Source: Hydrurus foetidus
Lineage: Eukaryota
Length of the DNA: 64,000 nt
Reading direction: 5' to 3'
Assembly (NCBI GenBank): GCA_900617105.1
Contig: UYFQ01000177.1
Coordinates: 1-64,000 of the forward strand
Positions within the stretch are counted from its first letter, which is position 1; each line of letters begins with the position of its first letter. This document shows positions 1-10,407 of the stretch, piece by piece. Under the pieces are notes generated by a model. The model was not told the DNA's origin. It did not search any database and saw nothing but the letters and a program-made list of their open reading frames with translations. A program made the translations under genes and the position numbers.

Positions 1-696
1 CAGCGGGGCACCGACCAAGGCCGATTCGCGCCCTGTGCCGCTGATCCAAAACGAGTTGATTTCGAGCAAGCCCAAAGCGGTGCGCTGGTCGTTCACCGGG
101 TGGGTGTACAGCAGCATTTGCATTTCGTTTTGCAGGCGGCGCAGTGGGCGGGCTTGGGCGGCTTCGGGCACCCAGCGTTCCACGCTTTGGCCAATCACCC
201 GGTCGAGCGAGGCGGTCGAAAGCCCCCGAAATACATCCCCGGTGGCGAGCCAGCGGGTAGGGCTGTCGTAGCTGAGGGCGATGCCGTCTTCGGCGAAATA
301 GGGGCGCATGGCTTCGAGCAGCGCCAAAGATTCTGTTTCACTCAGGTTCAGTGCGGCAGGGTCGCCCATGCGGATATGGTCAGCCGCCACATCCCAGCGG
401 CAAGGGGTGATGAAGGCCCAGGCGGCGGTGCGGTCAAAAGTTTGGGTTTGTTGCAGCACATGCCATGTCGCCCAAGGGAAGCGACCATCGTCATAGCGCG
501 GGGGCTTGTCGATGCCGGTCAGCGCGCGGGCGTGGGCGCGTTCGTGGGGGGGCGAAAAGCTGGAGGTATCGCCTTCGTCAATGTAGAGCAGGGGGAACAA
601 GGTCAGCACGCGCTCCAGGTTGGGCAGCTTGAGCGAGTGCAGCGCAGCATCAATACCGGGTGAGCGGCTGCTGGCGTAGGGAATCAACAAGTGCAT
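1..696 (-). CDS. Conserved hypothetical protein (often annotated 'phosphoglycerate mutase', typically upstream of recJ); runs off the window
   Basis: Hand translation from ATG 696: MHLLIPYAS...AFITPCRWDV...LRRLQNEMQMLLYTHPVND...INSFWISGTG, open to position 1; divergent from lolC. Confidence 0.75.
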   Translation of the reverse strand, partial: MHLLIPYASSRSPGIDAALHSLKLPNLERVLTLFPLLYIDEGDTSSFSPPHERAHARALTGIDKPPRYDDGRFPWATWHVLQQTQTFDRTAAWAFITPCRWDVAADHIRMGDPAALNLSETESLALLEAMRPYFAEDGIALSYDSPTRWLATGDVFRGLSTASLDRVIGQSVERWVPEAAQARPLRRLQNEMQMLLYTHPVNDQRTALGLLEINSFWISGTGRESALVGAPL

Positions 697-805
697 AGCG
701 ACTTTGGGGCGTAGAGGGCTGCGGTTGTCTGGCAAAGTTGGCGTATCAGCTTACCGCTCTAGGGACTTCAATTCTAGTTTGTGGGCATCATGCCAGAATC
801 ACCCC

Positions 806-2068
806 ATGCAATTCCCTTACGAACTGACCCTGGGCTGGCGCTACACCCGCGCTGGGCGAGCCACCCGGCGCAATGGCTTTATTTCTTTTATTTCTGGGGT
901 GTCCATGCTGGGCATCGCGCTGGGCGTGGCGGCCCTCATCATCGTGCTGAGCGTGATGAATGGCTTCCAAAAAGAGGTGCTAGACCGCATGCTGAGTGTG
1001 GTGTCGCACATCGAAATTTACGCCGCAGGTGGTGGTGCCTTGCCGAATCTGGAGGCCAGTCTGGCCAAAGTGCGGCAACACCCGGATGTGGTGGGTGCTG
1101 CACCTTTCATAGCGTCCCAAGCCCTGCTGGCGCGCGGTGAAGAGATGAAAGGTGCCGTGGTTCGTGGCATAGACCCGGCGCTGGAATCGCAAGTCACTGA
1201 CCTGATGCAGGGGCACAGCGCTGCTCCCTCGGCGTTGGACAAGCTCACCCCCGGTGAATTCGGTATCGTGCTGGGCGGTGAGCTGGCGCGCACTATGGGC
1301 GTCATCAAGGGCGACAAGGTCACGCTGGTGGCACCCAGCGGCCAGGTCACCCCGGCCGGCGTGGTGCCGCGCCTCAAGCAAATGACGGTGGTGGGCACGT
1401 TTGATTCGGGCCACTACGAATACGACTCGGCCCTGGTGTTTGTGCACTGGGAAGACGCCGCCAAGATCTTCCGGCTGGAAGGCCCCTCGGGCGTGCGCCT
1501 CAAGCTCAAAGACCTGAACCAGGCGCGCGAGGTGGCCGACGAACTTAGCCGCACCATGACCGGTGACCTGCTGCTGCGCGACTGGACGCGCCAAAACCGC
1601 AGCTGGTTTGCCGCCGTGCAGGTGGAAAAACGCATGATGTTCATCATCCTCACGCTCATCGTGGCGGTGGCGGCGTTCAACCTGGTCAGCACGCTGGTGA
1701 TGACCGTGACCGACAAGCGCGCCGACATTGCCATCCTGCGCACGCTGGGTGCCAGCCCGCGCAGCATCATGGGCATCTTCGTGGTGCAGGGCGCCATGGT
1801 CGGCGTGATTGGCACGCTGGCCGGACTGTTGTTTGGGCTGGGCGTGGCCTACAACATCGACGTCATCGTGCCCGCGCTGGAACACGCGCTGGGCGCCACC
1901 TTTTTGCCCAAAGACATTTACCTCATCAGCCGCATGCCCAGCGAGCCACAACAAAGCGACATCGTGCCCATTGCGGTGATCGCACTCATCATGGCCTTTG
2001 TGGCCACCCTGTACCCCAGTTGGCGCGCCAGCCAAGTGAACCCTGCCGAGGCGCTGCGCTATGAATGA
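806..2068 (+). CDS. lolC: Lipoprotein-releasing ABC transporter permease LolC/E
   Basis: [30 protein letters not shown] and C-terminal [11 protein letters not shown] 806; overlaps lolD. Confidence 0.95.
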   Translation: MQFPYELTLGWRYTRAGRATRRNGFISFISGVSMLGIALGVAALIIVLSVMNGFQKEVLDRMLSVVSHIEIYAAGGGALPNLEASLAKVRQHPDVVGAAPFIASQALLARGEEMKGAVVRGIDPALESQVTDLMQGHSAAPSALDKLTPGEFGIVLGGELARTMGVIKGDKVTLVAPSGQVTPAGVVPRLKQMTVVGTFDSGHYEYDSALVFVHWEDAAKIFRLEGPSGVRLKLKDLNQAREVADELSRTMTGDLLLRDWTRQNRSWFAAVQVEKRMMFIILTLIVAVAAFNLVSTLVMTVTDKRADIAILRTLGASPRSIMGIFVVQGAMVGVIGTLAGLLFGLGVAYNIDVIVPALEHALGATFLPKDIYLISRMPSEPQQSDIVPIAVIALIMAFVATLYPSWRASQVNPAEALRYE

Positions 2069-2738
2069 CGTTTTATTGCAAGCCACTGGCCTGACCAAGC
2101 GCTTTCAGGAGGGGCGGCTGGATGTCACCGTGCTGCACGGTGTGGACCTCGAAGTACGTCGCGGCGAGACGCTGGCGATTGTGGGGGCATCGGGCTCCGG
2201 CAAAAGCACCTTGCTGCACCTGCTGGGCGGGCTGGATGCGCCCAGCAGTGGCAGCGTCACCCTGCGTGGCCAGGCGCTGGCCGGGCTGGATGCTGCAGCG
2301 CAGGGGCGTTTGCGCAACAAACACCTGGGCTTTGTCTACCAGTTTCACCACCTGTTGCCCGAGTTCAGTGCACTCGACAACGTGGCCATGCCATTGACAA
2401 TTCGGCGTGTAGCCCCCGTGGATGCTGCGCAGTCAGCTATGAAAATGCTAGCGTTGGTGGGCCTGGAGCACCGCCTGCACCACCGTCCTGCCGAGCTCTC
2501 GGGTGGCGAGCGCCAGCGCGTGGCAATTGCCCGCGCGCTGGTCACCAACCCCGACTGCGTGCTGGCCGACGAGCCCACGGGTAACCTGGACCGTAGCACG
2601 GCCGATGGCGTGTTCGACCTGATGCTGTCGCTGGCGCGTGACCAGGGCACGGCCTTTGTGCTGGTGACCCATGACGCCACGCTGGCAGCGCGCTGCAGCC
2701 GCCAGCTGCAGCTGGTGTCCGGGCGCTTCGCAGGCTAG
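2061..2738 (+). CDS. lolD: Lipoprotein-releasing ABC transporter ATPase
   Basis: Walker [38 protein letters not shown]. Confidence 0.97.
   Translation: MNDVLLQATGLTKRFQEGRLDVTVLHGVDLEVRRGETLAIVGASGSGKSTLLHLLGGLDAPSSGSVTLRGQALAGLDAAAQGRLRNKHLGFVYQFHHLLPEFSALDNVAMPLTIRRVAPVDAAQSAMKMLALVGLEHRLHHRPAELSGGERQRVAIARALVTNPDCVLADEPTGNLDRSTADGVFDLMLSLARDQGTAFVLVTHDATLAARCSRQLQLVSGRFAG
2410..2452 (+). repeat. Dispersed 43-bp repeat core, copy inside lolD
   Basis: TAGC-ccccgtggatgctgcgcagtca-GCTA-tgaaaatgc-TAGC. Confidence 0.7.
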
Positions 2739-2760
2739 GCGACGCCCAGCCCTGTCCGCC

Positions 2761-3606
2761 ATGCGCTGGATAGACACCCACTGTCACCTCGATGCTTTTG
2801 TGGCAGGCCAAGAGCTGGACGCAGTGCAGCAGCGCGCGCTTCAGGCCGATGTGGTGCACTGCGTGATTCCGGCGGTCGAGGTGGCGAACCTGGACACGGT
2901 GCGCGAGCTAGCCCACGCCGGTGGCCACAGCTACGGCCTGGGCATCCACCCGCTGTACGTGCCCACGGCGCAAGACGATGCGCTGGCCGTGCTGGCGCAG
3001 CAGCTGCAAACCCACCATGCCGACCCGAGGCTGGTGGCCGTGGGGGAGATCGGGCTGGACTACTTTGTGCCCCAACTCAGCCAAAGCCCCTGGCGTGAAA
3101 AGCAGGAAGCGATGTACCGCGCCCAGCTCAAGCTGGCGCGCCAGTTTGACTTGCCCGTGGTGCTGCATGTGCGCCGCTCCGCAGACCGCCTGCTCAAGCA
3201 CCTGCGCGACGTGGCGGGCCCCGGCGGGCGCTGGCACGGTATTGCCCATGCCTTCAACGGCAGCGAGGTGCAGGCGCAGGAATTCATCAAGCTGGGTTTC
3301 AAGCTGGGTTTCGGCGGTGCGGTGACCTTCGAGCGCGCCCACCAGCTGCGTCGCCTGGCACAAACCCTTCCGCTGGAAGCGCTGGTGCTGGAGACCGACG
3401 CGCCCGACATCCCGCCGCACTGGCTCTACACCACGGCGGCCGAACGCGACGCCGGCATGCCCCAGGGCCGCAACACACCGGCCGAGCTGCCGCGCATTGC
3501 CCAGAGCGTTGCGGCGCTACGCGGCATGCCCTTGGCCGAACTGGCCGACGCCACCACGCATAACGCCTGTAAAGCCCTGCCAAAGCTGGCTGCGCTGCTG
3601 GTATAA
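2761..3606 (+). CDS. tatD: TatD-family metal-dependent DNase
   Basis: IDTHCH, GIHP, VGEIGLD, LETDAP motifs; ATG 2761. Confidence 0.92.
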   Translation: MRWIDTHCHLDAFVAGQELDAVQQRALQADVVHCVIPAVEVANLDTVRELAHAGGHSYGLGIHPLYVPTAQDDALAVLAQQLQTHHADPRLVAVGEIGLDYFVPQLSQSPWREKQEAMYRAQLKLARQFDLPVVLHVRRSADRLLKHLRDVAGPGGRWHGIAHAFNGSEVQAQEFIKLGFKLGFGGAVTFERAHQLRRLAQTLPLEALVLETDAPDIPPHWLYTTAAERDAGMPQGRNTPAELPRIAQSVAALRGMPLAELADATTHNACKALPKLAALLV

Positions 3607-3612
3607 ATCCCC

Positions 3613-4371
3613 ATGGCACGAAAAGCACCCCCCTCTCTCCCCGAAGTCAATTTTTCCGAAGAAGGCGACATCCGCCATTTGCACCTGGGTAGCCAATGGA
3701 TTCAGGGCTCCATGCAGGTGGATGCACCCACCGCCCTGGTGCATGAATACATCCAGCGCATGATGGCCTGGCTGCTGTTTGTAGACCCCATCACCCTGCC
3801 CAAGCGCCAGGCGTTGCAGCTCGGCTTGGGGGCAGGGTCCCTCACCAAGTTTTGCCACAAAGAGCTGCGGATGAAGACCACCGCGATCGAGCTCAACCCG
3901 CAGGTCCTGCACGCCTGCCGCGGCTGGTTCAAGCTACCGGCGGACAACAGCCGCATCCAGGTCGTGCTGGCCGATGCGGCGCAAGAAATCAAACAATCCC
4001 ACTGGCTGGGCGCGGTGGATGCGCTGCAGGTGGACCTGTACGACGAAGACGCTGCCGCACCCGTGCTCGACAGCGCCGAGTTTTATGCCGACTGCCGCGC
4101 CACGCTGACCGACGAAGGTTGCATGACGGTGAACCTGTTTGGCCGCAGCTCCAGTTTTCAAAAGAGTGTGGACAAGATTGCGCAGGCCTTTGGTGAAGAT
4201 GCCATCTGGGCCTTCAAGGCCACGCGCGAAGGCAACACCGTGGTGCTGGCCCAGCGCACGCCCAGCCGCCCCAAGCGTTCCGTGATGGTAGAGCGGGCCG
4301 AGTTCATCCAGTCGCAATGGGGCTTGCCCGCGGACAAGTGGGTGCGCGTTTTCAAACCGGTGCAAGCATGA
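3613..4371 (+). CDS. Spermidine-synthase-like SAM-dependent methyltransferase
   Basis: LQLGLGAGSL SAM motif, IELNPQV, VDLYD. Confidence 0.85.
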   Translation: MARKAPPSLPEVNFSEEGDIRHLHLGSQWIQGSMQVDAPTALVHEYIQRMMAWLLFVDPITLPKRQALQLGLGAGSLTKFCHKELRMKTTAIELNPQVLHACRGWFKLPADNSRIQVVLADAAQEIKQSHWLGAVDALQVDLYDEDAAAPVLDSAEFYADCRATLTDEGCMTVNLFGRSSSFQKSVDKIAQAFGEDAIWAFKATREGNTVVLAQRTPSRPKRSVMVERAEFIQSQWGLPADKWVRVFKPVQA

Positions 4372-6158
4372 GCACAACCTCCAAGAAACCCGCGCATGCG
4401 GCCGCACCGCACATTGGTCCGGTGGACTGGCGCCGCCTGGTGGAATGGCTGCAACACGACAAGGTGATTGCCGAAGAAGAAGCCCTGCGCACCATCAACC
4501 GCTGCGCGCAGGCCGAGAGCTCGCAGCACCCGCTGGTGCGCCTGGCCAGTGTGTCCATGCGCCGCGCGTCCGACCAGAAGCCGTTGGACATGGAGATGCT
4601 GACGCAGTGGCTGGCACTGCGCGCCGGGCTGGACTATTTGCGCATTGACCCGCTCAAGGTGGACGTGGGCAAGGTGGCAGACGCCATGGGCGCGGCCTAC
4701 GCCGAGCGCCACAAGATATTGCCAGTCGTGGTCACGCCCAGTGAGATCACGGTGGCCACTGCCGAACCGTTTATTACCGACTGGGTGGCCGAGGTAGAGC
4801 GCCAGAGCCGCCGCAGCGTCAAGCGCGTGGTGGCCAGTCCGCAGGAGATCACGCGTTACACCGCCGAGTTTTATGCACTGGCCAAGTCGGTGCGGGCGGC
4901 CAGCAAATCCGGCGTCAACAACGGTGCCAGCTTCGAACAGCTGGTGGAGCTGGGCAAGAGCAACAAGCAGCTGGATGCCAACGACCAGGGTGTGGTGCAG
5001 GTGGTGGACTGGTTGTGGCAGTACGCCTTCGACCAGCGCGCCAGCGACATCCACCTGGAGCCGCGCCGCGAGCAGGGTGTGATCCGCTTCCGCATCGACG
5101 GCGTGCTGCACCCGGTCTACCAAATGCCCATGGGCGTGCTCAACGCCATGACCGCGCGTATCAAGCTACTGGGCCGCATGGATGTGATCGAGAAGCGCCG
5201 TCCGCAGGATGGCCGCATCAAGACGCGCAACCCGCGCGGTGACGAAATCGAAATGCGTATTTCCACCTTGCCCACCGCGTTTGGCGAGAAGATGGTGATG
5301 CGGATTTTTGATCCCGACAACGCGGTGAAGGACTTGGACGCACTGGGTTTCTCCGCCCACGACGCCACGCGCTGGGAACAACTCGTCAAGCGGCCGCACG
5401 GCATCATTTTGGTAACTGGCCCTACGGGCTCAGGGAAAACCACCACGCTTTACTCCACGCTGAAGCGCGTCGCCACCGAAGAAGTGAACGTGAGCACCGT
5501 GGAAGACCCGATCGAAATGATCGAGCCCTCTTTCAACCAGACCCAGGTGCAGCCGCAGCTGGACTTTGGCTTTCCGCAGGGCCTGCGTGCCCTGATGCGG
5601 CAGGACCCGGACATCATCATGGTGGGCGAAATTCGCGACCTGGAAACCGCCGAGATGGCAGTGCAGGCCGCGCTCACAGGGCATCTGGTGTTCTCCACGC
5701 TGCACACCAACGACGCGCCCTCGGCCGTGACGCGGCTCATGGAGCTGGGCATTCCCTCTTACCTGATCAATGCCACGCTGTTGGGTGTGCTGGCGCAGCG
5801 TCTGGTGCGCACGCTGTGCAAGCAATGCAAGGTGCGTGATGAAGAGGCCAATCGCGATGCGCTGAGCGAGATGGTCAAGCCTTGGCAGATCAATGGCGGC
5901 TACAAGCCCTACAAGGCCGTGGGCTGCGTGGACTGCCGCATGACCGGCTTCATGGGGCGCATGGGCTTGTACGAACTGTTGGTGGTGTCCGAGGGGTTTA
6001 AGGCGCGGGTGAGCGGTGAGCCCGGCATTGACGCTTTGCGCCGCCAGGCGGTGACCGACGGCATGCGGCCCTTGCGGCTGGCAGGGGCCTTGCGTGTGGC
6101 CGAGGGGCTGACCGTCATTGACGAAGTGTTGTCGTCCACACCGCCGCTGAACGGGTGA
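4368..6158 (+). CDS. GspE/PulE/PilB-family secretion ATPase
   Basis: ASDIHLEP, GPTGSGKTTT, VEDPIE, RQDPDIIMVGEIRD, LHTND, CxxC/CxxC. Confidence 0.93.
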   Translation: MSTTSKKPAHAAAPHIGPVDWRRLVEWLQHDKVIAEEEALRTINRCAQAESSQHPLVRLASVSMRRASDQKPLDMEMLTQWLALRAGLDYLRIDPLKVDVGKVADAMGAAYAERHKILPVVVTPSEITVATAEPFITDWVAEVERQSRRSVKRVVASPQEITRYTAEFYALAKSVRAASKSGVNNGASFEQLVELGKSNKQLDANDQGVVQVVDWLWQYAFDQRASDIHLEPRREQGVIRFRIDGVLHPVYQMPMGVLNAMTARIKLLGRMDVIEKRRPQDGRIKTRNPRGDEIEMRISTLPTAFGEKMVMRIFDPDNAVKDLDALGFSAHDATRWEQLVKRPHGIILVTGPTGSGKTTTLYSTLKRVATEEVNVSTVEDPIEMIEPSFNQTQVQPQLDFGFPQGLRALMRQDPDIIMVGEIRDLETAEMAVQAALTGHLVFSTLHTNDAPSAVTRLMELGIPSYLINATLLGVLAQRLVRTLCKQCKVRDEEANRDALSEMVKPWQINGGYKPYKAVGCVDCRMTGFMGRMGLYELLVVSEGFKARVSGEPGIDALRRQAVTDGMRPLRLAGALRVAEGLTVIDEVLSSTPPLNG

Positions 6159-6229
6159 ATGATGGCGTGAATGAAGCGCCCGCATTAGCAGGCAGAATGC
6201 GAAACCGGTTGAAAACCAGGAGACAGACA

Positions 6230-6718
6230 GTGAATATAAAAAGCCAAAAAGACTTTTTCTCAGGCCTGATGTTTATGTGTGTGGGTGTGGCCTTTGCGTG
6301 GGGCGCCAGCAGCTACTCCATTGGCACCGGTGCCCGCATGGGCCCGGGCTACTTTCCTCTGGTCCTGGGCGTTTTGCTGGGCTTGCTGGGGGCCGTCATC
6401 ACCTTCAAGGCGCTGGTGGTGGAAACCCAAGACGGTGACAAGCTTGGCAAGTTTGCCTGGAAGCCACTGGTCTTCATTATTTTGGCGAACCTGGCCTTTG
6501 GCGCTGCCATCGGTGGTTTGCCAAGCATTGGCATGCCGCCGCTGGGCCTTGTCGTTGGCATTTATTTGCTCACATTCATCGCCAGTAATGCCGGTGATGA
6601 GTTCAAGTTCAAGGAGGTAGTCATCCTGGCCACCGCTCTGGCGCTCCTGAGCTACCTGGCTTTCATCGTCCTGCTCAAGTTGCAGTTCCCGGTCTGGCCG
6701 GCTTTCCTGTCCGCCTGA
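6230..6718 (+). CDS. tctB: Tripartite tricarboxylate transporter small subunit TctB
   Basis: GTG 6230 after AGGAG; MGPGYFP motif; four hydrophobic segments; precedes tctA. Confidence 0.88.
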   Translation: MNIKSQKDFFSGLMFMCVGVAFAWGASSYSIGTGARMGPGYFPLVLGVLLGLLGAVITFKALVVETQDGDKLGKFAWKPLVFIILANLAFGAAIGGLPSIGMPPLGLVVGIYLLTFIASNAGDEFKFKEVVILATALALLSYLAFIVLLKLQFPVWPAFLSA

Positions 6719-6740
6719 ACCCATACCGAGGAACTTGACC

Positions 6741-8252
6741 ATGGAACTCTTTAACAACCTCGCACTCGGTTTTGGTGTGGCCTTTACGGTCCAAAACCTG
6801 ATTTACGCCTTCATTGGTTGCCTGCTGGGCACCTTGATCGGTGTGCTGCCCGGTATTGGCCCTCTGGCCACCATTGCCATGCTGCTGCCAGCCACCTACG
6901 CCTTGCCCCCTGTGGCGGCGCTGATCATGCTGGCCGGCATTTATTACGGTGCGCAGTATGGTGGCTCCACCACGGCCATTTTGGTGAATCTGCCAGGGGA
7001 GTCGTCTTCGGTGGTGACCGTCATTGACGGCTACCAGATGGCCCGCAATGGCCGGGCCGGGCCGGCACTGGCGGCGGCGGGTCTGGGCTCCTTCTTTGCG
7101 GGCTGTGTGGGCACGTTGATCCTGGCTGCGTTTGCAGGCCCGCTGACCGAGCTGGCTTTCAAGTTTGGCCCGGCTGAGTATTTCTCGCTCATGATCCTGG
7201 GCCTGGTGGGCGCCGTGGTGCTGGCGTCGGGCTCCATCCTCAAGGCGATTGCCATGATCGTGCTGGGCTTGCTGCTGGGCATGGTGGGCACCGATGTGAA
7301 CTCCGGTGTGGCCCGTTACAGCTTTGACATTCCTGAGCTGACCGACGGCATCGGCTTCATCGTCATCGCCATGGGGGTGTTTGGCTACGGCGAAATCATC
7401 AGCAACCTCTCCAAGCACGAGAGCGAGCGTGAGGTGTTCGTCGCCAACGTCACCGGGTTGTGGCCCACCAAGGAAGACTTCCGCAACATGATTCCGGCGA
7501 TCTTGCGTGGCACCGCCCTGGGCTCTGTGCTTGGCATCTTGCCCGGCGGTGGCGCGGTGATGGCGTCCTTTGCGGCCTACACCCTGGAGAAGAAAACCAA
7601 GCTGCGCCCCGGCGAGGTGCCGTTTGGCAAGGGCAATATCCGCGGCGTGGCATCGCCTGAGTCTGCCAACAACGCGGGCGCCCAGACCTCCTTCATCCCG
7701 CTGCTGACCCTGGGCATCCCACCCAATGCCGTGATGGCGCTGATGGTGGGGGCCATGACCATCCACAACATCCAGCCCGGCCCGCAGGTGATGACCAGCA
7801 ACCCCGAGCTGTTCTGGGGCCTGATTGCGTCGATGTGGATTGGCAACCTGATGCTGATCATCCTGAACCTGCCGCTGATCGGCATCTGGATCAAGCTGCT
7901 GACCGTCCCCTACCGCTGGCTGTACCCGTCTATCGTGCTGTTCTGTGCGATTGGCGTGTACTCCACCAACAACAATACCTTTGACATCTGGATGGTGGGC
8001 CTGTTTGGCTTTATTGGCTATTTGTTTATCAAGCTGGGCACCGAGCCCGCGCCGCTGCTGCTGGGTTTCATTCTGGGGCCGATGATGGAAGAGTATTTGC
8101 GCCGCGCCTTGCTGCTCTCACGCGGAGACTGGAGCGTGTTTGTGACCCGTCCGCTGTCGGCCGGGCTGCTGGCTGCCGCCGTACTGCTGCTGATCATGGT
8201 GCTCATGCCGTCCATCAAGGCCAAGCGCGAAGAAGCATTTGTTGAAGATTAA
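6741..8252 (+). CDS. tctA: Tripartite tricarboxylate transporter large subunit TctA
   Basis: GVLPGIG, YYGAQYGGSTTAIL, PESANNA, LTLGIP. Confidence 0.95.
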   Translation: MELFNNLALGFGVAFTVQNLIYAFIGCLLGTLIGVLPGIGPLATIAMLLPATYALPPVAALIMLAGIYYGAQYGGSTTAILVNLPGESSSVVTVIDGYQMARNGRAGPALAAAGLGSFFAGCVGTLILAAFAGPLTELAFKFGPAEYFSLMILGLVGAVVLASGSILKAIAMIVLGLLLGMVGTDVNSGVARYSFDIPELTDGIGFIVIAMGVFGYGEIISNLSKHESEREVFVANVTGLWPTKEDFRNMIPAILRGTALGSVLGILPGGGAVMASFAAYTLEKKTKLRPGEVPFGKGNIRGVASPESANNAGAQTSFIPLLTLGIPPNAVMALMVGAMTIHNIQPGPQVMTSNPELFWGLIASMWIGNLMLIILNLPLIGIWIKLLTVPYRWLYPSIVLFCAIGVYSTNNNTFDIWMVGLFGFIGYLFIKLGTEPAPLLLGFILGPMMEEYLRRALLLSRGDWSVFVTRPLSAGLLAAAVLLLIMVLMPSIKAKREEAFVED

Positions 8253-8272
8253 TTTTTGAGACCTTCCGCCCC

Positions 8273-9562
8273 TTGAACATCCAAACCGCACAGCACCCGC
8301 AACGCCTCTCGCTTCACAACGAAGTTCACGCCCGACCACCCGAGTCCATGGCTTCGCCCATGGCGCTCTCGCACGTGGTCATGGTGTGCAACGCGCAGCA
8401 GCGCGAGGCCAGCCGCGCGCACATTGCAGCGCTGGCGCGTGACCACCATCTGGCCGCGCCCGATGCGGATTCCATCCACATCCGCATGGACCTGGGCCTG
8501 TACCGCCTGCGCTGGGAGCTGCACACCGAGTTCGTGACCTGGACCTTTATGCGCCCGATCAGCAGCCAGGTGGGGGCGGAGCGGGAGCCCGAGCTGGCGC
8601 TGAGCGCGGTGCCGCAGCAGTGGCTGGCCAACCTGCCGGGTGGCTGCCTGGCGAGTTTGCATTTGTGGGTGCTGCCCACCAACGAGGTGGACACCGGGCC
8701 CTGGATACGCCAGCTGCTGCACGAAGACACGCTGGTGGCCTCCACCGTGGCCGATGGCTTTGGTGAGGTGTACACCGACTTTGCGGTGCATGCCGATGGC
8801 TTTTCGCGCATGGTGTTGTTGGCCGGTGGCGTGACACCGCGCCGTCTGGGTCGCCTCGTGCAGTGCCTGCTGGAGATCGAGACCTACCGCATGGCGGCCT
8901 TGCTGGGCCTGCCCGCGGCGCGCGAGGCATCGCTGGTGCTGGCCAGTGCCGAACGCGAGCTGGCGGAGCTGGCCGAGGCCATTCGCAGCGCCACACGCGA
9001 CGACGAGCCCATGCTGCTGGACCGGCTAACGCGCCTGGCCGGGCAAGTGGAGAGCCAGCACGCGGCCACCCATTCCCGCTTTTCGGCCAGCGCAGCTTAC
9101 TTTGAGCTGGTGGACAAGCGCATTGAAGACATTGCCGAGTCGCGCCTGGCCGGCATGCAAACCATTGGTGAGTTCATGGAGCGCCGTCTTACCCCCGCAC
9201 GCAGCACCTGCGCCTGGTCCAGCCGCCGGCAAGACGCGCTGTCGCAGCGGGTATCGCGCATCAGCAACCTGCTGCGCACCCGGGTCGAGATCGAGCAGCA
9301 GCAGAGCAGCCAGGCCCTGCTGGCCACCATGAACAGCCGCCAGAACATGCAGCTCAAGTTGCAATCCACGGTGGAGGGTCTGTCGGTGGCCGCCATTACC
9401 TACTACATCGTGGGCCTGGCCACCTACTTGGCCAAGGGCGCACAGCACTGGGGCTGGCCCTGGAGCCCCGAAATCACCGCTGCGGTGACGATTCCCGTGG
9501 TGGCACTCGGCGTCTGGTGGTCGCTGCGGCGCATGCACCACCGGGTCTTTCGGGCGTCATAG
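8273..9562 (+). CDS. DUF3422 family membrane-anchored protein
   Basis: LHNEVHARP, RWELHTEF, LEIETYRM, LQSTVEGLSVAAITYY, two C-terminal TM segments. Confidence 0.85.
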   Translation: MNIQTAQHPQRLSLHNEVHARPPESMASPMALSHVVMVCNAQQREASRAHIAALARDHHLAAPDADSIHIRMDLGLYRLRWELHTEFVTWTFMRPISSQVGAEREPELALSAVPQQWLANLPGGCLASLHLWVLPTNEVDTGPWIRQLLHEDTLVASTVADGFGEVYTDFAVHADGFSRMVLLAGGVTPRRLGRLVQCLLEIETYRMAALLGLPAAREASLVLASAERELAELAEAIRSATRDDEPMLLDRLTRLAGQVESQHAATHSRFSASAAYFELVDKRIEDIAESRLAGMQTIGEFMERRLTPARSTCAWSSRRQDALSQRVSRISNLLRTRVEIEQQQSSQALLATMNSRQNMQLKLQSTVEGLSVAAITYYIVGLATYLAKGAQHWGWPWSPEITAAVTIPVVALGVWWSLRRMHHRVFRAS

Positions 9563-9595
9563 GCAAAGTCAATCTGCTTCATTGGATCAATCAAC
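9559..9595 (+). promoter_or_regulatory. OxyR binding site upstream of ahpC
   Basis: ATAG-N7-CAAT-N7-ATTG-N7-CAAC, matching the ATAG-N7-CTAT-N7-ATAG-N7-CTAT spacing. Confidence 0.85.
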
Positions 9596-9669
9596 CCAAA
9601 GCATGGTGCGCAGGCTCTAAGATTCAGGCTGTTCATGTTTAGAACAGCAACTTCTAGAGGAAAAACACC

Positions 9670-10233
9670 ATGTCATTGATCAACACCGCAGTCATCCCCT
9701 TCAAGAACGAAGCCTTCCACAACGGCAAGTTCGTGACCGTGACCAACGAGACCCTCAAGGGCAAGTGGAACGTGTTCATTTTCATGCCCGCCGCGTTCAC
9801 CTTCAACTGCCCCACCGAAGTGGAAGACGCAGCTGACAACTACGCTGAATTTCAAAAAGCCGGTGCTGAGGTCTACATCGTGACCACCGACTCCCATTTC
9901 GCGCACAAGGTGTGGCACGAAACTTCGCCCGCTGTGGGCAAGGCCAAGTTCCCCCTGATTGGTGACCCCACCCACGTTCTGACCCGTGGTTTTGACGTGC
10001 ATATCGACGAAGACGGCATGGCGCTGCGCGGTACTTTCATCATCGACCCCCAGGGCATGATCAAGACAGCGGAAATCCATTCCAACGAAATCGCCCGTGA
10101 CGTCAAGGAAACCGTGCGCAAGCTGAAGGCCGCCCAGTACACCGCTGCCCACCCCGGCGAGGTGTGCCCCGCCAAGTGGAACGACGGCGCCAAGACCATC
10201 ACGCCTTCGCTGGACCTGGTCGGCAAGATCTAA
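9670..10233 (+). CDS. ahpC: Alkyl hydroperoxide reductase C (2-Cys peroxiredoxin)
   Basis: FTFNCPTE and GEVCPAKW. Confidence 0.97.
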   Translation: MSLINTAVIPFKNEAFHNGKFVTVTNETLKGKWNVFIFMPAAFTFNCPTEVEDAADNYAEFQKAGAEVYIVTTDSHFAHKVWHETSPAVGKAKFPLIGDPTHVLTRGFDVHIDEDGMALRGTFIIDPQGMIKTAEIHSNEIARDVKETVRKLKAAQYTAAHPGEVCPAKWNDGAKTITPSLDLVGKI

Positions 10234-10273
10234 AGGACTGGCCCCCAAGGCGGAGCGCCCGACGCGCTCCCCG

Positions 10274-10320
10274 GCCGGACAGCGTCCTTGTGCATGTGCG
10301 CAAGGCCGTCCGGCTTTTTT
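10274..10320 (+). terminator. Probable intrinsic terminator between ahpC and ahpF
   Basis: GCCGGAC...CCTTGTGCA-tg-TGCGCAAGG..GTCCGGC stem followed by T6. Confidence 0.7.
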
Positions 10321-10337
10321 ATGCCAAAAATATGCTG

Positions 10338-10380
10338 AAGCCCGCATGGAATATGCGCGAGCAGCTATCAAATCAGTAGT
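10338..10380 (+). repeat. Dispersed 43-bp repeat core
   Basis: AAGC-ccgcatggaatatgcgcgagca-GCTA-tcaaatcag-TAGT. Confidence 0.85.
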
Positions 10381-10407
10381 AATTACTGAGCGAATAAAGG
10401 AATCACC

